From positions 3,896 through 67,895 of the forward strand of contig DCHU01000082.1 in NCBI GenBank assembly GCA_002314915.1: a stretch of DNA of 64,000 bases, read 5' to 3'. This document shows, in pieces, positions 17,695 to 26,860 of this stretch (position 1 is its first letter; every line of letters begins with the position of its first letter). A program made the translations under genes and the position numbers. Source of the DNA: Bacillales bacterium UBA1744. GTDB taxonomy: Bacteria; Bacillota_I; Bacilli_A; RFN20; CAG-826. The notes below the pieces were generated by a model. It searched no databases, was not told the DNA's origin, and saw only the letters and a list, made by a program, of their open reading frames with translations.

Positions 17695-18494
17695 TTTAGA
17701 CCCCTTAATATGCTTAGATACTGGGCCAAAGATAAGTTTTCTGGTCTAGCATTTTCCTTTATTCCGCAAGCAGCCAATATAACTTTTGCTTTTTCGGAAT
17801 TTCCTATATGCCTTGAAAGGTTGTTAAGAATCGTTTTTCTTCTGTTAAGGAATAGGGCAGTGGTTAGTTTATTTAAGGCAGCGCACTCTTCAAGGTCTCT
17901 GTTATCGTTAAACGTGATTGAGAACACGGTAGAATCAACATGTGGAGCTGGGCTAAAGCTTGTGCGCGTAACATTGAATTCGCGAGCAATCTTTCCTCTG
18001 TATTCTATAAGAATCTGCAAAGGGCCATACTCATTGGTGTTTATTTTGGCTGCCAAACGGTTAAATGCTTCTTTTTGGACCATAAAAACGGCTTTTTGCA
18101 CGGTTTTTGAACCCAAAAGAACCTTTTCTATAATTCCTGAGGTGATGTAGTAAGGGAGGTTTCCGATGATTTTTGAATATGGGGAATAATCCCATTTCAT
18201 CGCGTTTCCTTGAGTAGGGGAAATTGTATCAGAATCGGAAAAATCGTTTGTTAATTTAGTAACCAACCCCTCATCTATATCAATCAATTGCGCTTTGACT
18301 TTCGACTCGTAAAGGAAGAAGGAAAGAGATCCGGCACCGGATCCAATTTCCAATACATAGTCGTCTGGCTGCATATCAAGGCATCCAACAATTCTCTCGC
18401 AGGCGTCAGAGTCGATAAGGAAATTTTGGCCAACCTCATGTTTGGCAAGGAGTTTATATTGTTCAACTGTTGCAAAGTATTCTTCTCTATTCAT
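17691..18494 (-). CDS. rsmA: 16S rRNA (adenine1518/1519-N6)-dimethyltransferase
   Basis: 267 aa. GQNFL, SAM motif EIGSGAGSLS, GNLPYYI. Confidence 0.95.
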   Translation of the reverse strand: MNREEYFATVEQYKLLAKHEVGQNFLIDSDACERIVGCLDMQPDDYVLEIGSGAGSLSFFLYESKVKAQLIDIDEGLVTKLTNDFSDSDTISPTQGNAMKWDYSPYSKIIGNLPYYITSGIIEKVLLGSKTVQKAVFMVQKEAFNRLAAKINTNEYGPLQILIEYRGKIAREFNVTRTSFSPAPHVDSTVFSITFNDNRDLEECAALNKLTTALFLNRRKTILNNLSRHIGNSEKAKVILAACGIKENARPENLSLAQYLSILRGLK

Positions 18495-19038
18495 ATAACG
18501 CCTTCTTTAAATCATCTTTTGTTAATCCGAGGCAATTGCATCTTTTTACAAAAGATTTGCAATTAGTATGTCCCAGTTTGAATTTTTCTTCCAGCATCAC
18601 GCGCTTTTCGGCGGATTTTTCCAATCCAAGTAGCCCCAAATCAACAAGATCAGAGTGATTAAGGGTGGGGGTTGTTGCAATTGATGCAGGTATGAGGTGT
18701 TCTAACGCCTCCATAATTGTTTCTTTATCGGACTCAGCCACCCCGACCTTATGCTTTTTGATGCACTTGTCCTTAGGGACGTACGCATGGATCAGCCCAG
18801 GAATTTTTGAGTCTAAAACGTCGCGAATTCTTTTGCCTGGTGAATCAGGATCCGTGAGGACGATAATGGTTTTGGTTTCAGACAGTTTTTTGACATACTC
18901 AACGACATCGTCCGGAACCGCAGATCCGTTTGTCATAACAATCTCGCATTCAAGAAAGGAGGAGAGTAAGTCTTTGTCCGTTTTACCCTCTACGACGATA
19001 GCAACGTTGGAATTAAAATTTGAATAGTTCATGTGCAT
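18487..19038 (-). CDS. rnmV: Ribonuclease M5 (5S rRNA maturase, TOPRIM)
   Basis: 183 aa. VVEGKTD ... VLTDPDSPGKRIR TOPRIM motifs. Position upstream of rsmA as in Bacillus. Confidence 0.85.
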   Translation of the reverse strand: MHMNYSNFNSNVAIVVEGKTDKDLLSSFLECEIVMTNGSAVPDDVVEYVKKLSETKTIIVLTDPDSPGKRIRDVLDSKIPGLIHAYVPKDKCIKKHKVGVAESDKETIMEALEHLIPASIATTPTLNHSDLVDLGLLGLEKSAEKRVMLEEKFKLGHTNCKSFVKRCNCLGLTKDDLKKALYE

Positions 19039-19777
19039 TCCTATCTGTCATTTCTATGGCTTTATCCAAAGAAATCTCTTTAATTTCCGCTATTTTTTCA
19101 AGAATTACAGGGATATATTTCGGTTCATTGGTCTTGCCTCTATAAGGTGTTGGAGCCATATATGGGCAATCCGTCTCAACAACGATTCTGTCTTCTCTGC
19201 AAGCCTTAACACACTCTTTTGGTGTTATAGAGTTCTTGAATGTAACGGGACCGTCAAAGCCGAAATACGCACCCAATTTAGCGAATCTTTCCATCATTTC
19301 AGGCGAACCGCTGTAGCAATGTAAAACAAACCCGTTATTTATTGGGTGTTGGGAAAGTAAATCATACGTGTCTTGGGAAGCGTCTCTAGCATGGATGGAA
19401 ACGGGTAACCCAAGCTTGTTTGCGAGTTCTATTTGCTTGATGAACCATATTTTTTGGTTTGCGTGTTCAGATTCTTCTTTGAACCAATGGTAATCAAGTC
19501 CAATTTCTCCGATAGCAACAACCTTGTTGTCCCTGGCAAGCTTTTCAATCTCGGTTAAAGCGTTGTCAGAAACGTTTTCGAGGTTCTCCGGATGAAAGCC
19601 GACTGCAGCAAAAACACAATCATATTGGTGAGCAAGGTTGACTGCAGTTCTCGAACTTTCAAGATCCCATCCAATGCAGATGAGTTTCTGAACACCGTTG
19701 CTGATCGCGTCTTTAATTATTTGATCGGCATTCGCCAAAAGCTGTTCGTCGTTAATGTGGCAGTGGGTATCAATCAT
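19013..19777 (-). CDS. tatD: TatD-family metal-dependent DNase/hydrolase
   Basis: 254 aa. IDTHCHI, GEIGLDY, SIHARDA, ETDCPY motifs. Confidence 0.9.
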   Translation of the reverse strand: MIDTHCHINDEQLLANADQIIKDAISNGVQKLICIGWDLESSRTAVNLAHQYDCVFAAVGFHPENLENVSDNALTEIEKLARDNKVVAIGEIGLDYHWFKEESEHANQKIWFIKQIELANKLGLPVSIHARDASQDTYDLLSQHPINNGFVLHCYSGSPEMMERFAKLGAYFGFDGPVTFKNSITPKECVKACREDRIVVETDCPYMAPTPYRGKTNEPKYIPVILEKIAEIKEISLDKAIEMTDRNAHELFKF

Positions 19778-19778
19778 C

Positions 19779-21116
19779 TTATTTACCTACACAGAATCTA
19801 GAGAAGATCTCATCGGTTAAATCTAGTGTAATCTTCTCGCCGAGCAACTCTTCGCATGCGGCGTAAGCGGATAATAAATTAGCTGAAACCAAGTCGATTG
19901 GAGCCATGTTCAAACAATCGTTTTTGGCATCGTCTAATAAGGTTTGAATTCTTCTCAATATAGCCATCTGTCTTTCGTTTGAAAGTGATGGAGTATTGAA
20001 GTCTCTCTCGTTGATGTTGAGTTTGGCTTTAATCTCTTTTGTTAATGCAGAAATGTCTTTGTTTGCGGCAGAAATCTTAACAAATTCACCTGAAATCTGT
20101 GCTAAATCACATTTATTCATCGCAATTATGCGTGGCTTATCTCCAATTTTAGAAAGTATTTCTTTATCTTCTTCATCCATTCCAACGGTTGCGTCTACAA
20201 CCAAAATAACCATCTCAGATTCTTCTATTGCGGACATTGATTTCTCAATTCCGATCTTCTCGATATCGCCTGCGTTTTCTCTAATGCCGGCGGTATCCAA
20301 AAGATGAATGGTGATTCCATCCAAATAAGCGTCGCCCTCAACGATGTCTCTGGTTGTTCCAGGGATGTCTGTGACTATGGCTTTATCCTGATCAAGAAGA
20401 GCGTTCAAAAGAGATGATTTGCCTGCGTTTGGTTTTCCTACGATTGCCACCTTGACGCCGTCTTTGATGATTCTTCCTGTGTTTCCTTGGGTAAGAAGCG
20501 ACAATACGTTTTTGTTGATTTGATCGATGGAGGAGACAATCTTCTCTTCATTCGCCTCTTCAATGTCCGTGTATTCTGGATAGTCGATATTAACTTCGAT
20601 AAGCGATAAAAGGTCGGCGATTTCTTTCTTTAAAGGTCTAACGAGATCGGAGCTCTTTCCGCCGAGAGACATAAGAGAAAGGTTCTTGGCTTCTTTTGTT
20701 GTGGCGTTGATCAAATCGTTAACCGCTTCGGCCTCGATAAGATTCATCTTTCCATTAAAGAACGCGCGCGAGGTGAATTCTCCTTTAGAGGCGTATCTGG
20801 CGCCTTTGGATATAAGCAAAGAAATAATCTCATTGGCGATGAGCATCGAGCCGTGACAAGTTATTTCGACGGATTCTTCGCCCGTCATTGATGAAGTGGA
20901 AGGGTAGAGGAAAAGCATGACTTCGTCAACCGGTCTATCGCCATACATTATCTTTCCATACGCCATTTTCCTGGATTCGACAGGTGTAATTGTTTTGGAG
21001 AAGATATCATTAAACAAATCGAAAACGCCATCGCCGCTGCATCTGATGAGGGCGAGTGCGCTTTTGAGTGGTGGGGTTGCTAAAGCAACGATGATATCCT
21101 GTTTAGCTTTCTCCAT
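19779..21116 (-). CDS. mnmE: tRNA uridine-5-carboxymethylaminomethyl modification GTPase
   Basis: 445 aa. G-domain GKPNAGKSSLLN, DTAG, NKCD, and the C-terminal CVGK motif. Confidence 0.95.
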   Translation of the reverse strand: MEKAKQDIIVALATPPLKSALALIRCSGDGVFDLFNDIFSKTITPVESRKMAYGKIMYGDRPVDEVMLFLYPSTSSMTGEESVEITCHGSMLIANEIISLLISKGARYASKGEFTSRAFFNGKMNLIEAEAVNDLINATTKEAKNLSLMSLGGKSSDLVRPLKKEIADLLSLIEVNIDYPEYTDIEEANEEKIVSSIDQINKNVLSLLTQGNTGRIIKDGVKVAIVGKPNAGKSSLLNALLDQDKAIVTDIPGTTRDIVEGDAYLDGITIHLLDTAGIRENAGDIEKIGIEKSMSAIEESEMVILVVDATVGMDEEDKEILSKIGDKPRIIAMNKCDLAQISGEFVKISAANKDISALTKEIKAKLNINERDFNTPSLSNERQMAILRRIQTLLDDAKNDCLNMAPIDLVSANLLSAYAACEELLGEKITLDLTDEIFSRFCVGK

Positions 21117-21117
21117 A

Positions 21118-22164
21118 TTAATGCTCTTTGCGGAGCTTTCCTTTTAATGAGTGGATTCTGATGGATCCGCCTTGGGTTCCAATCAACTCTTTTGCATAAG
21201 CAATGGCCTCTGCCTGTGTTCTGAAAAGCTTGATTGCCTTTTTGCCTGTAGCAAGTTTGACCTGCCACTTTCCGGATGTCTGGTGTTTTGAGATGTGGTA
21301 TACACGGGCTCTGCCTTCATAATTGTTCTTTTTGTCTTCGGCTGCCTGTTTTCTTTCGGCGGCTTCTTCCTCTTCTTCCGTATCTTCAGAAGCTTCGATT
21401 ATTTCAACGCCGCTCTCATCTTTTGTTTCTTCAACAACATCATCTGATGGGCCTTCTACAACCTGTTCGGATGCTGTAAATGAAACGTTTGTGGTATTAG
21501 GAACATATTGCTCGTCATCCTCGTCCGCAGGAAGGAGAATTGTCAAAATCTTTGAAATTGCGTTGTTAATTGCAACGAAAACGATTCCAAACAACACAGA
21601 AACAACGACAACAACAGCCATAGTGACGTAAATTGCGACGTCGCTTGTTCCAACTATAGCGAATGTGTTTTTTATGTCCCACATTGGGAGGAGTGCAGCT
21701 GCAGCAAACGCCAAATATAGGATTCCGGAGATGGCGCCATACCAAGGTGATTTCTTGTAGGAGACTTCGAATCCACAATAGGATGCGATGTTGATTGCTG
21801 CAACGGCAGCAACCCAAACAATAAAGCCATAACCGATTAAAGCGCCATAGCTGCCGCTGACCAAAATTGCCGTTAATTCATAACTGACCAAGATTAATGA
21901 AGCGACAACGGAGATGGATCTGATGAGCGATACAATTCGTGAATCTTCTTTCAACGTCGCAAGGCTGACAATAGATGAGATGAGTCCAGTTAAAGCGCCG
22001 ATGACGATGATGATAAGAGAGAACAAGAAGAAGATGTGATCAACCGAAGCGTCGGATTCCACAAATTCTGGGAGCACGAAAAGCGAGACGATTGCGAATA
22101 TAGAGATTGCTGCGACAACACCGTTAAGAACGGCCGCAACTATGTGTTTGGTTTTGTTGGTCAT
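21118..22164 (-). CDS. Polytopic membrane protein with an acidic linker and a C-terminal DUF2188-like domain
   Basis: 348 aa. About 6 hydrophobic helices (residues 8-225), a D/E-rich linker (about 226-285), then RVYHISKHQTSGKWQVKLATGKKAIKLFRTQAEAIAYAKELIGTQGGSIRIHSLKGKL, resembling DUF2188. 1-nt gap to the mnmE start. Confidence 0.7.
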   Translation of the reverse strand: MTNKTKHIVAAVLNGVVAAISIFAIVSLFVLPEFVESDASVDHIFFLFSLIIIVIGALTGLISSIVSLATLKEDSRIVSLIRSISVVASLILVSYELTAILVSGSYGALIGYGFIVWVAAVAAINIASYCGFEVSYKKSPWYGAISGILYLAFAAAALLPMWDIKNTFAIVGTSDVAIYVTMAVVVVVSVLFGIVFVAINNAISKILTILLPADEDDEQYVPNTTNVSFTASEQVVEGPSDDVVEETKDESGVEIIEASEDTEEEEEAAERKQAAEDKKNNYEGRARVYHISKHQTSGKWQVKLATGKKAIKLFRTQAEAIAYAKELIGTQGGSIRIHSLKGKLRKEH

Positions 22165-22198
22165 AATTTATCCTCGCAAACATTATTTTGCTTTTACT

Positions 22199-22228
22199 TA
22201 ATAAAAACAAGATGGAGAACCATCTTGT
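22199..22228 (-). terminator. Strong rho-independent terminator directly after jag
   Basis: 9-bp stem ACAAGATGG (22207-22215) / CCATCTTGT (22220-22228), 4-nt loop, U-run on the minus strand. Confidence 0.7.
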
Positions 22229-22236
22229 CTTATATT

Positions 22237-22836
22237 TTAGTCTACGTATTTGATGGTAATTGCTCTATCCTGACCTTCGCCGTAGCTTTCGGTCTTGATG
22301 TGAGCCATACCGTTTAATGCGTTGTGAACGACTCTTCTTTCGTCTGGTGTCATTGGATCAAGCTTTGCGTCGACCTTGCTTCTAAGAACGTCTTTTGCAG
22401 CTCTTTTTGCCATGTAGGTGATGCGTGAGTACTTGTCTTCCTTATAACCGCCGACATCGAGAAGAATTCTGTATCTGTGGTGGAATTTGTTGGAGACTGC
22501 AAGTCTATCGAGCTCGTTTAAAGCCTGTAATGTCTTGCCGTTCTTTCCGATGAGAACAGGATTTCTCTTTGAATCGATTGTGACTCTGATGATTTCATCT
22601 TCAACGGAGGCTGTTGTTTCGATTTCGATACCCATAGCTCCGATTGCTGTTTTGAGGTATTCCTGAGCGTATTCTGCAGCATCGTTTGCGTCATAAACTT
22701 CGATGACGGCTTTCTTTGAGAAGAGGCCTTTCTTCTCTTCGACAAGCTTATAGACGATCTGAGATTCGGAAACGCCATATTCAGCAGCTGCCGCGCTGAT
22801 GCACTCTTCGAGTGTTTTGCATGTAAACTGTTTCAT
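22237..22836 (-). CDS. khpB: Jag/KhpB RNA-binding protein (Jag-N, KH, R3H)
   Basis: 199 aa. KH GxxG region LIGKNGKTLQAL and an R3H region PMTPDERRVVHNAL. Conserved position after yidC. Confidence 0.85.
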   Translation of the reverse strand: MKQFTCKTLEECISAAAAEYGVSESQIVYKLVEEKKGLFSKKAVIEVYDANDAAEYAQEYLKTAIGAMGIEIETTASVEDEIIRVTIDSKRNPVLIGKNGKTLQALNELDRLAVSNKFHHRYRILLDVGGYKEDKYSRITYMAKRAAKDVLRSKVDAKLDPMTPDERRVVHNALNGMAHIKTESYGEGQDRAITIKYVD

Positions 22837-22842
22837 ATTCGA

Positions 22843-24507
22843 TTATTTCACTTTCTTCTTCTTTGCCATGATTGACTGTGTGATCAATGTCTGAGCCAAG
22901 GAGATAAGAGCACCGACGGCCCAGTAAAGTCCCATTGCAGCAGGGAGTGCGAAGCCCATGATGACCGTGAAGATAACCATGAACCAGCTCATCATCTTCA
23001 TGCTGTTGCCGTTCTTGTCCTGAGCAGGGTTTGCAGAAGTCTTTGGAATGTTCTTCATCTTCTTCTTGTTGATCCATTGAGGAATCATCATAGCGGCAAC
23101 CTGGAAGAGTGCCATTAAGAGGAATAACACAGCTGCTGTCCACCAGCCCGTTGCGTTGGTTGCCCAACCTGTGGAGAAGTTAGTCAAAACGGATGAGATT
23201 GTATCTGAAAGTCTTAAATTCAAGACGGATCCTGAAGCCAAGACGGAAGATCCTTGCATAGCGCCCCAAACACAGATGAAGACAGGGAACTGAACGACCA
23301 ACGTGATGAGCATTGAGAGTGGATTGACTTTGTTTCTCTTATAGAGAGCCATCTGCTCCTGCTGAAGTCTCTGAGCCTCGTCCTTGTTTGTGTTGGAGTT
23401 AGGGTATTTAGCCTGAATCTTAGCCAACTGTGGCTGTAATGCCTGAGTCTTCTGCTGATCAAGAGTACTCTTGAATGTGGCTGCTAAGATAACCAGACGC
23501 ACTATGACTGTGACGATAAGGATGGATAACACCTGGCCAACACCGCTTAATGTTGGGTCGATTCCGTATGCGATTGCATCAATTAATGATGCGACTGGAT
23601 AGACGATTAATCCTTCGAAGAATCCTTTCTTCCAAGCGTCTTTCCATGTCTTTTGTGTGACGTTAACGGAGATATTTGATCCGCTTCCGTAGTGTCCGAA
23701 TTTGCCGCCTTTTGTTGCGATGCAGCTTCTGGCGTTTGTGAGTTTTGACTCAACTGAGCTCTTATATGAGCTCTTGAAGTCTCCCTGTGGAACCTGCTCT
23801 TCACCGATATCGGCAGCGATTTCTTCGTTCCAGGCTTCCCATTGTTTCCAGAGGTCTTCTGAACGTTCTTTTGTTGTTGCGTCTTCTGTTCCGTAGAACT
23901 TAACGTAGCCATAGTTTAAAAGGATGCTGCTCTCATTTACTTCAGTTGAGGCTGTGTCCCAATTGTTCTTTCCGCCTGTTATTTCAGCGGTAAAGACGTT
24001 GATTTGCTCAGCTGTGATTGTTGAGGCTGTAACCTGCTGTGCAGGTTCAAGTCCTTTGTTCATTTCAGCCACAGCTGCATCGAGAACCTTCTCATCCATT
24101 GCCTTGAAGTAGGAATAGGTTGGAACTGTGTAGTTGTTGCTGATTGCGCTTGCGATGATTGAGTCTAAGAACTCAGCCTTCTTAGCGGTGTAACGTGTTG
24201 TGATTCTTTTTGATGTGTCGTTTGTCTCTAATGTCTGACCACCGACTGGGATATAAGCAAAAACACGGGTTGATTGTTCCCCGTTGATGGTGACTGGCCA
24301 ATAGCCGACGTTTTCGCCTGCGTTTTTGTAAACTTCAGGTAATTCTTCAACACTATCAACATAGACGGTAACGCCCATGTCATAGGTGTATGCTATATTG
24401 GCTTTATCGACGTTAGAGCAGAAGTTGGCTGTACATCCTGTCAAAAGGACGGTGCCAAGTGCGATACCCAATAATGAGTAAAGTGTCTTTTTGTTGCCCT
24501 TGTTCAA
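22843..24507 (-). CDS. yidC: Membrane protein insertase YidC, lipoprotein type, with a large extracytoplasmic N-terminal domain
   Basis: 554 aa. Lipobox LLTGC at residues 21-25, about 300 aa of soluble domain, then the conserved core (QQKTQALQPQLAKIQAKY..., NPLSMLITLVVQFPVFI...). Confidence 0.9.
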   Translation of the reverse strand: MNKGNKKTLYSLLGIALGTVLLTGCTANFCSNVDKANIAYTYDMGVTVYVDSVEELPEVYKNAGENVGYWPVTINGEQSTRVFAYIPVGGQTLETNDTSKRITTRYTAKKAEFLDSIIASAISNNYTVPTYSYFKAMDEKVLDAAVAEMNKGLEPAQQVTASTITAEQINVFTAEITGGKNNWDTASTEVNESSILLNYGYVKFYGTEDATTKERSEDLWKQWEAWNEEIAADIGEEQVPQGDFKSSYKSSVESKLTNARSCIATKGGKFGHYGSGSNISVNVTQKTWKDAWKKGFFEGLIVYPVASLIDAIAYGIDPTLSGVGQVLSILIVTVIVRLVILAATFKSTLDQQKTQALQPQLAKIQAKYPNSNTNKDEAQRLQQEQMALYKRNKVNPLSMLITLVVQFPVFICVWGAMQGSSVLASGSVLNLRLSDTISSVLTNFSTGWATNATGWWTAAVLFLLMALFQVAAMMIPQWINKKKMKNIPKTSANPAQDKNGNSMKMMSWFMVIFTVIMGFALPAAMGLYWAVGALISLAQTLITQSIMAKKKKVK

Positions 24508-24836
24508 TGTTTTTCTCCGATCTTCGTCAAAGACGAAACCAATTCAGTTTTATTAGATTGGAATAAGGTCGGATCGTAGGTTGTTCGTACGATGATAATA
24601 ATATCTAGACTATTGCATAAATCCATTACATCGCCGACCATCGCTCTGATCTGACGCTTGATGCGGTTACGTGTTACTGCATTTCCGTTCTTTTTGCTCA
24701 CACAGATTCCAATTCTTGGTTTGTTCTGGGTGTTGGAACGGAAATGTATTACGTAGGATTTGCTTCTCTGAGTAGGGGTGCTACGAATAATCTCGTTAAA
24801 TTCCTGGTGTTTTAAGATACGGTTATCTCTAATCAC
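24504..24836 (-). CDS. rnpA: Ribonuclease P protein component
   Basis: 110 aa. Basic, with the RNR-like motif NAVTRNRIKRQIR. Located between rpmH and yidC. Confidence 0.9.
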   Translation of the reverse strand: MIRDNRILKHQEFNEIIRSTPTQRSKSYVIHFRSNTQNKPRIGICVSKKNGNAVTRNRIKRQIRAMVGDVMDLCNSLDIIIIVRTTYDPTLFQSNKTELVSSLTKIGEKH

Positions 24837-24868
24837 GATATACCCCTAAATAAGAAAAAGACGCCAAA

Positions 24869-25003
24869 TTAGGCGCAGAGTCTAGCTCTTCCTTTTGCTC
24901 TACGGCGAGCAAGGACTTTACGGCCGTTGTGTGAAGCCATTCTTGTGCGGAAACCTGCCATATGTGCATGTTTGATTTTAGATGGTTGATATGTTCTTTT
25001 CAT
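24869..25003 (-). CDS. rpmH: 50S ribosomal protein L34
   Basis: Too short for the ORF track. Reverse-complement reads [44 protein letters not shown], with a GGAGG RBS 8 nt upstream. Confidence 0.95.
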   Translation of the reverse strand: MKRTYQPSKIKHAHMAGFRTRMASHNGRKVLARRRAKGRARLCA

Positions 25004-25039
25004 TGCGCTTTCCTCCGAGTTTTACTAGCGTGCGAAATG

Positions 25040-25068
25040 ATTATAGAGATTTCACTTGCCTAAGGCAA
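25040..25068 (-). promoter_or_regulatory. rpmH operon promoter
   Basis: On the minus strand: TTGCCT (25063-25068), 17-nt spacer, TATAAT (25040-25045). Confidence 0.55.
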
Positions 25069-25101
25069 CAAGAAAACGCGCGTATATGCATAACGTTAGA
25101 A

Positions 25102-25329
25102 TGTGAATAAGTTATACACATCTGTGTGCAAAAGAGGACAAAAGCGAGAAGCCATCGAAACAAAGGTTATGTGGATAACGGTTCCAGAAGATAAGGCAAA
25201 CCACACGAAAGAAATCTGTTTTATTATCCACAAAGTTATCCACCGTAAAAAGATGTGGAAAACTCAAGAAACTCCGATAAAATGCTTTAATTTCTCATTA
25301 TTCTTATGTGGATAACTGGGTTTTCCACC
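25102..25329. other. oriC part 1: DnaA-box cluster upstream of dnaA
   Basis: Perfect TTATCCACA / TGTGGATAA boxes at 25170-25178, 25224-25232 and 25307-25315. One-mismatch boxes at 25102-25110, 25112-25120, 25236-25244 and 25254-25262. A weaker box at 25321-25329. Confidence 0.85.
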
Positions 25330-25382
25330 AAAAATCGTCAAATTTCATGTGCGTATGTGCTAAACTTTTCGAGGTAAAAATT

Positions 25383-26744
25383 ATGGCATTAACAGTTAGT
25401 CAGTTGGCGCAGGTCTGGGACCGCGCTTTAGCAAAAATAAAAGACGGCATCGCCGACAAGATCACTTACGAAAGTTTTTTCACAGAATCATACATCTACA
25501 GCCTTGACGGAAACGTAATCACGGTTGTGGTTAATTCTGATTTGGCCGCAAGTGTTATTTCTACAAAATATGAGTCTTTGGTTGACGAAGTTTTAAGAGA
25601 AGTTACAGGATTATCTTTTACGGTAAATTTTGTGGCTCCAGATAAGGTTCAGTCAAAACCCGTTTCATCTGCTCCAGACAAGCAGCCTTTCTTTAGCGAC
25701 TCAAGAATAGATCCAAGTTACACATTCGATACTTTCGTTGTTGGAACCTCTAATAGAGAGGCATACCAAGCGGCTGTTTTAGCAGCTAAGGATCCTGGAA
25801 AATTCTACAATCCGGTGCTTATTTTCGGAGATTCCGGCTTAGGAAAGACCCATTTGCTTCATGCAATCGGCAACACTATCAAAGAATCAAAACCGGAAAT
25901 GAGAGTCTTATATGTTAAGGCTCAGGACTTCCTTGATGAATACATCAAATACGTTAAGAACGACAGCAATGGCGTTGGTTTGGTTGAATGGTTCAAAGCA
26001 TCTGTCGACGTTCTTTTGGTTGACGATGTTCAATTCCTTGCGAACAAAACAAAAACAGAAGAGACTTTCTTCTCTATTTACAACTACTTATATTCTGCTG
26101 GAAAGCAGGTTGTCATCACTTCCGATAAACACCCAAGTTTATTGAACGGACTCGATGATCGTCTCAAAACAAGGTTTGTCCAGGGTTTGCCAATCTCAAT
26201 CGAAAGACCAGAAAAAACCGTATGCGAACTCATTTTGAGAAAGAGAATTGAGCAAAAAGGCATGACAATCGAGGATTTCGATCCAGAAGTTATCACGTAC
26301 TTCGCCTCAAAATTCGGAAGCAACGTTAGAGAACTCGAAGGTGCGTTCGATAGAATGTTCTTCTATATTACAAACTTCAAAAACGTCGACCACATCGACC
26401 TTTCCACCGCAATAGAGTCGGTCAGATCGCTCGTTAACGTAAAAGAAGATGAGGACACATTGTCTCAAGATAAGATCATCAGCACCGTTGCCGAATACTA
26501 CGGTTTGACACTTACGCAGATAACCGGAACATCTAGACAAGCCAACATTGCGCTCGCAAGACATATATCCATGTTCTTAATCAGGGTGTTGTTGGACGCT
26601 CCGTTCAAAAAGATCGGCGATAGATTCGGCGGCAAGGACCACACAACCGTCATGAACGCCGTTGAGAAGATAGAAAAAGCTTCAAAAACCGATGAGCAGC
26701 TTAAGAAAGCCATCGAGGAATTGAAGAAGAGGATAAACAGTTGA
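25383..26744 (+). CDS. dnaA: Chromosomal replication initiator protein DnaA
   Basis: 453 aa from ATG 25383 (GAGG RBS). AAA+ Walker A GDSGLGKTHLL, Walker B LLVDDVQF, C-terminal DnaA signature in domain IV (IALARHISMFL..., GGKDHTTV). The track's extra 25 N-terminal residues run through the DnaA boxes and are not credible. Confidence 0.97.
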   Translation: MALTVSQLAQVWDRALAKIKDGIADKITYESFFTESYIYSLDGNVITVVVNSDLAASVISTKYESLVDEVLREVTGLSFTVNFVAPDKVQSKPVSSAPDKQPFFSDSRIDPSYTFDTFVVGTSNREAYQAAVLAAKDPGKFYNPVLIFGDSGLGKTHLLHAIGNTIKESKPEMRVLYVKAQDFLDEYIKYVKNDSNGVGLVEWFKASVDVLLVDDVQFLANKTKTEETFFSIYNYLYSAGKQVVITSDKHPSLLNGLDDRLKTRFVQGLPISIERPEKTVCELILRKRIEQKGMTIEDFDPEVITYFASKFGSNVRELEGAFDRMFFYITNFKNVDHIDLSTAIESVRSLVNVKEDEDTLSQDKIISTVAEYYGLTLTQITGTSRQANIALARHISMFLIRVLLDAPFKKIGDRFGGKDHTTVMNAVEKIEKASKTDEQLKKAIEELKKRINS

Positions 26745-26750
26745 TAACCA

Positions 26751-26860
26751 TGTGGATGAATAACTCAGTCATCATCGAAGAAAAAGGAGTTATCCACAAA
26801 TCCACACGCGCATTAATATTATTAATATAATATATATAATATAGATATATAGATAAGGAG
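26751..26860. other. oriC part 2: DnaA boxes plus an AT-rich candidate unwinding element between dnaA and dnaN
   Basis: TGTGGATGA at 26751-26759 (1 mismatch), perfect TTATCCACA at 26790-26798, AAATCCACA at 26798-26806, then an almost pure A/T tract at 26812-26855 (ATTAATATTATTAATATAATATATATAATATAGATATATAGATAA). Confidence 0.7.

Noticed and set aside
25103-25382. ORF 25103-25315 and the 25-codon N-terminal extension of dnaA (25308-25382) in the ORF track.
   Set aside because: Both run through the DnaA-box cluster, have no RBS, and give non-protein-like sequence. The dnaA ATG at 25383 has an RBS and gives a canonical DnaA N-terminus.
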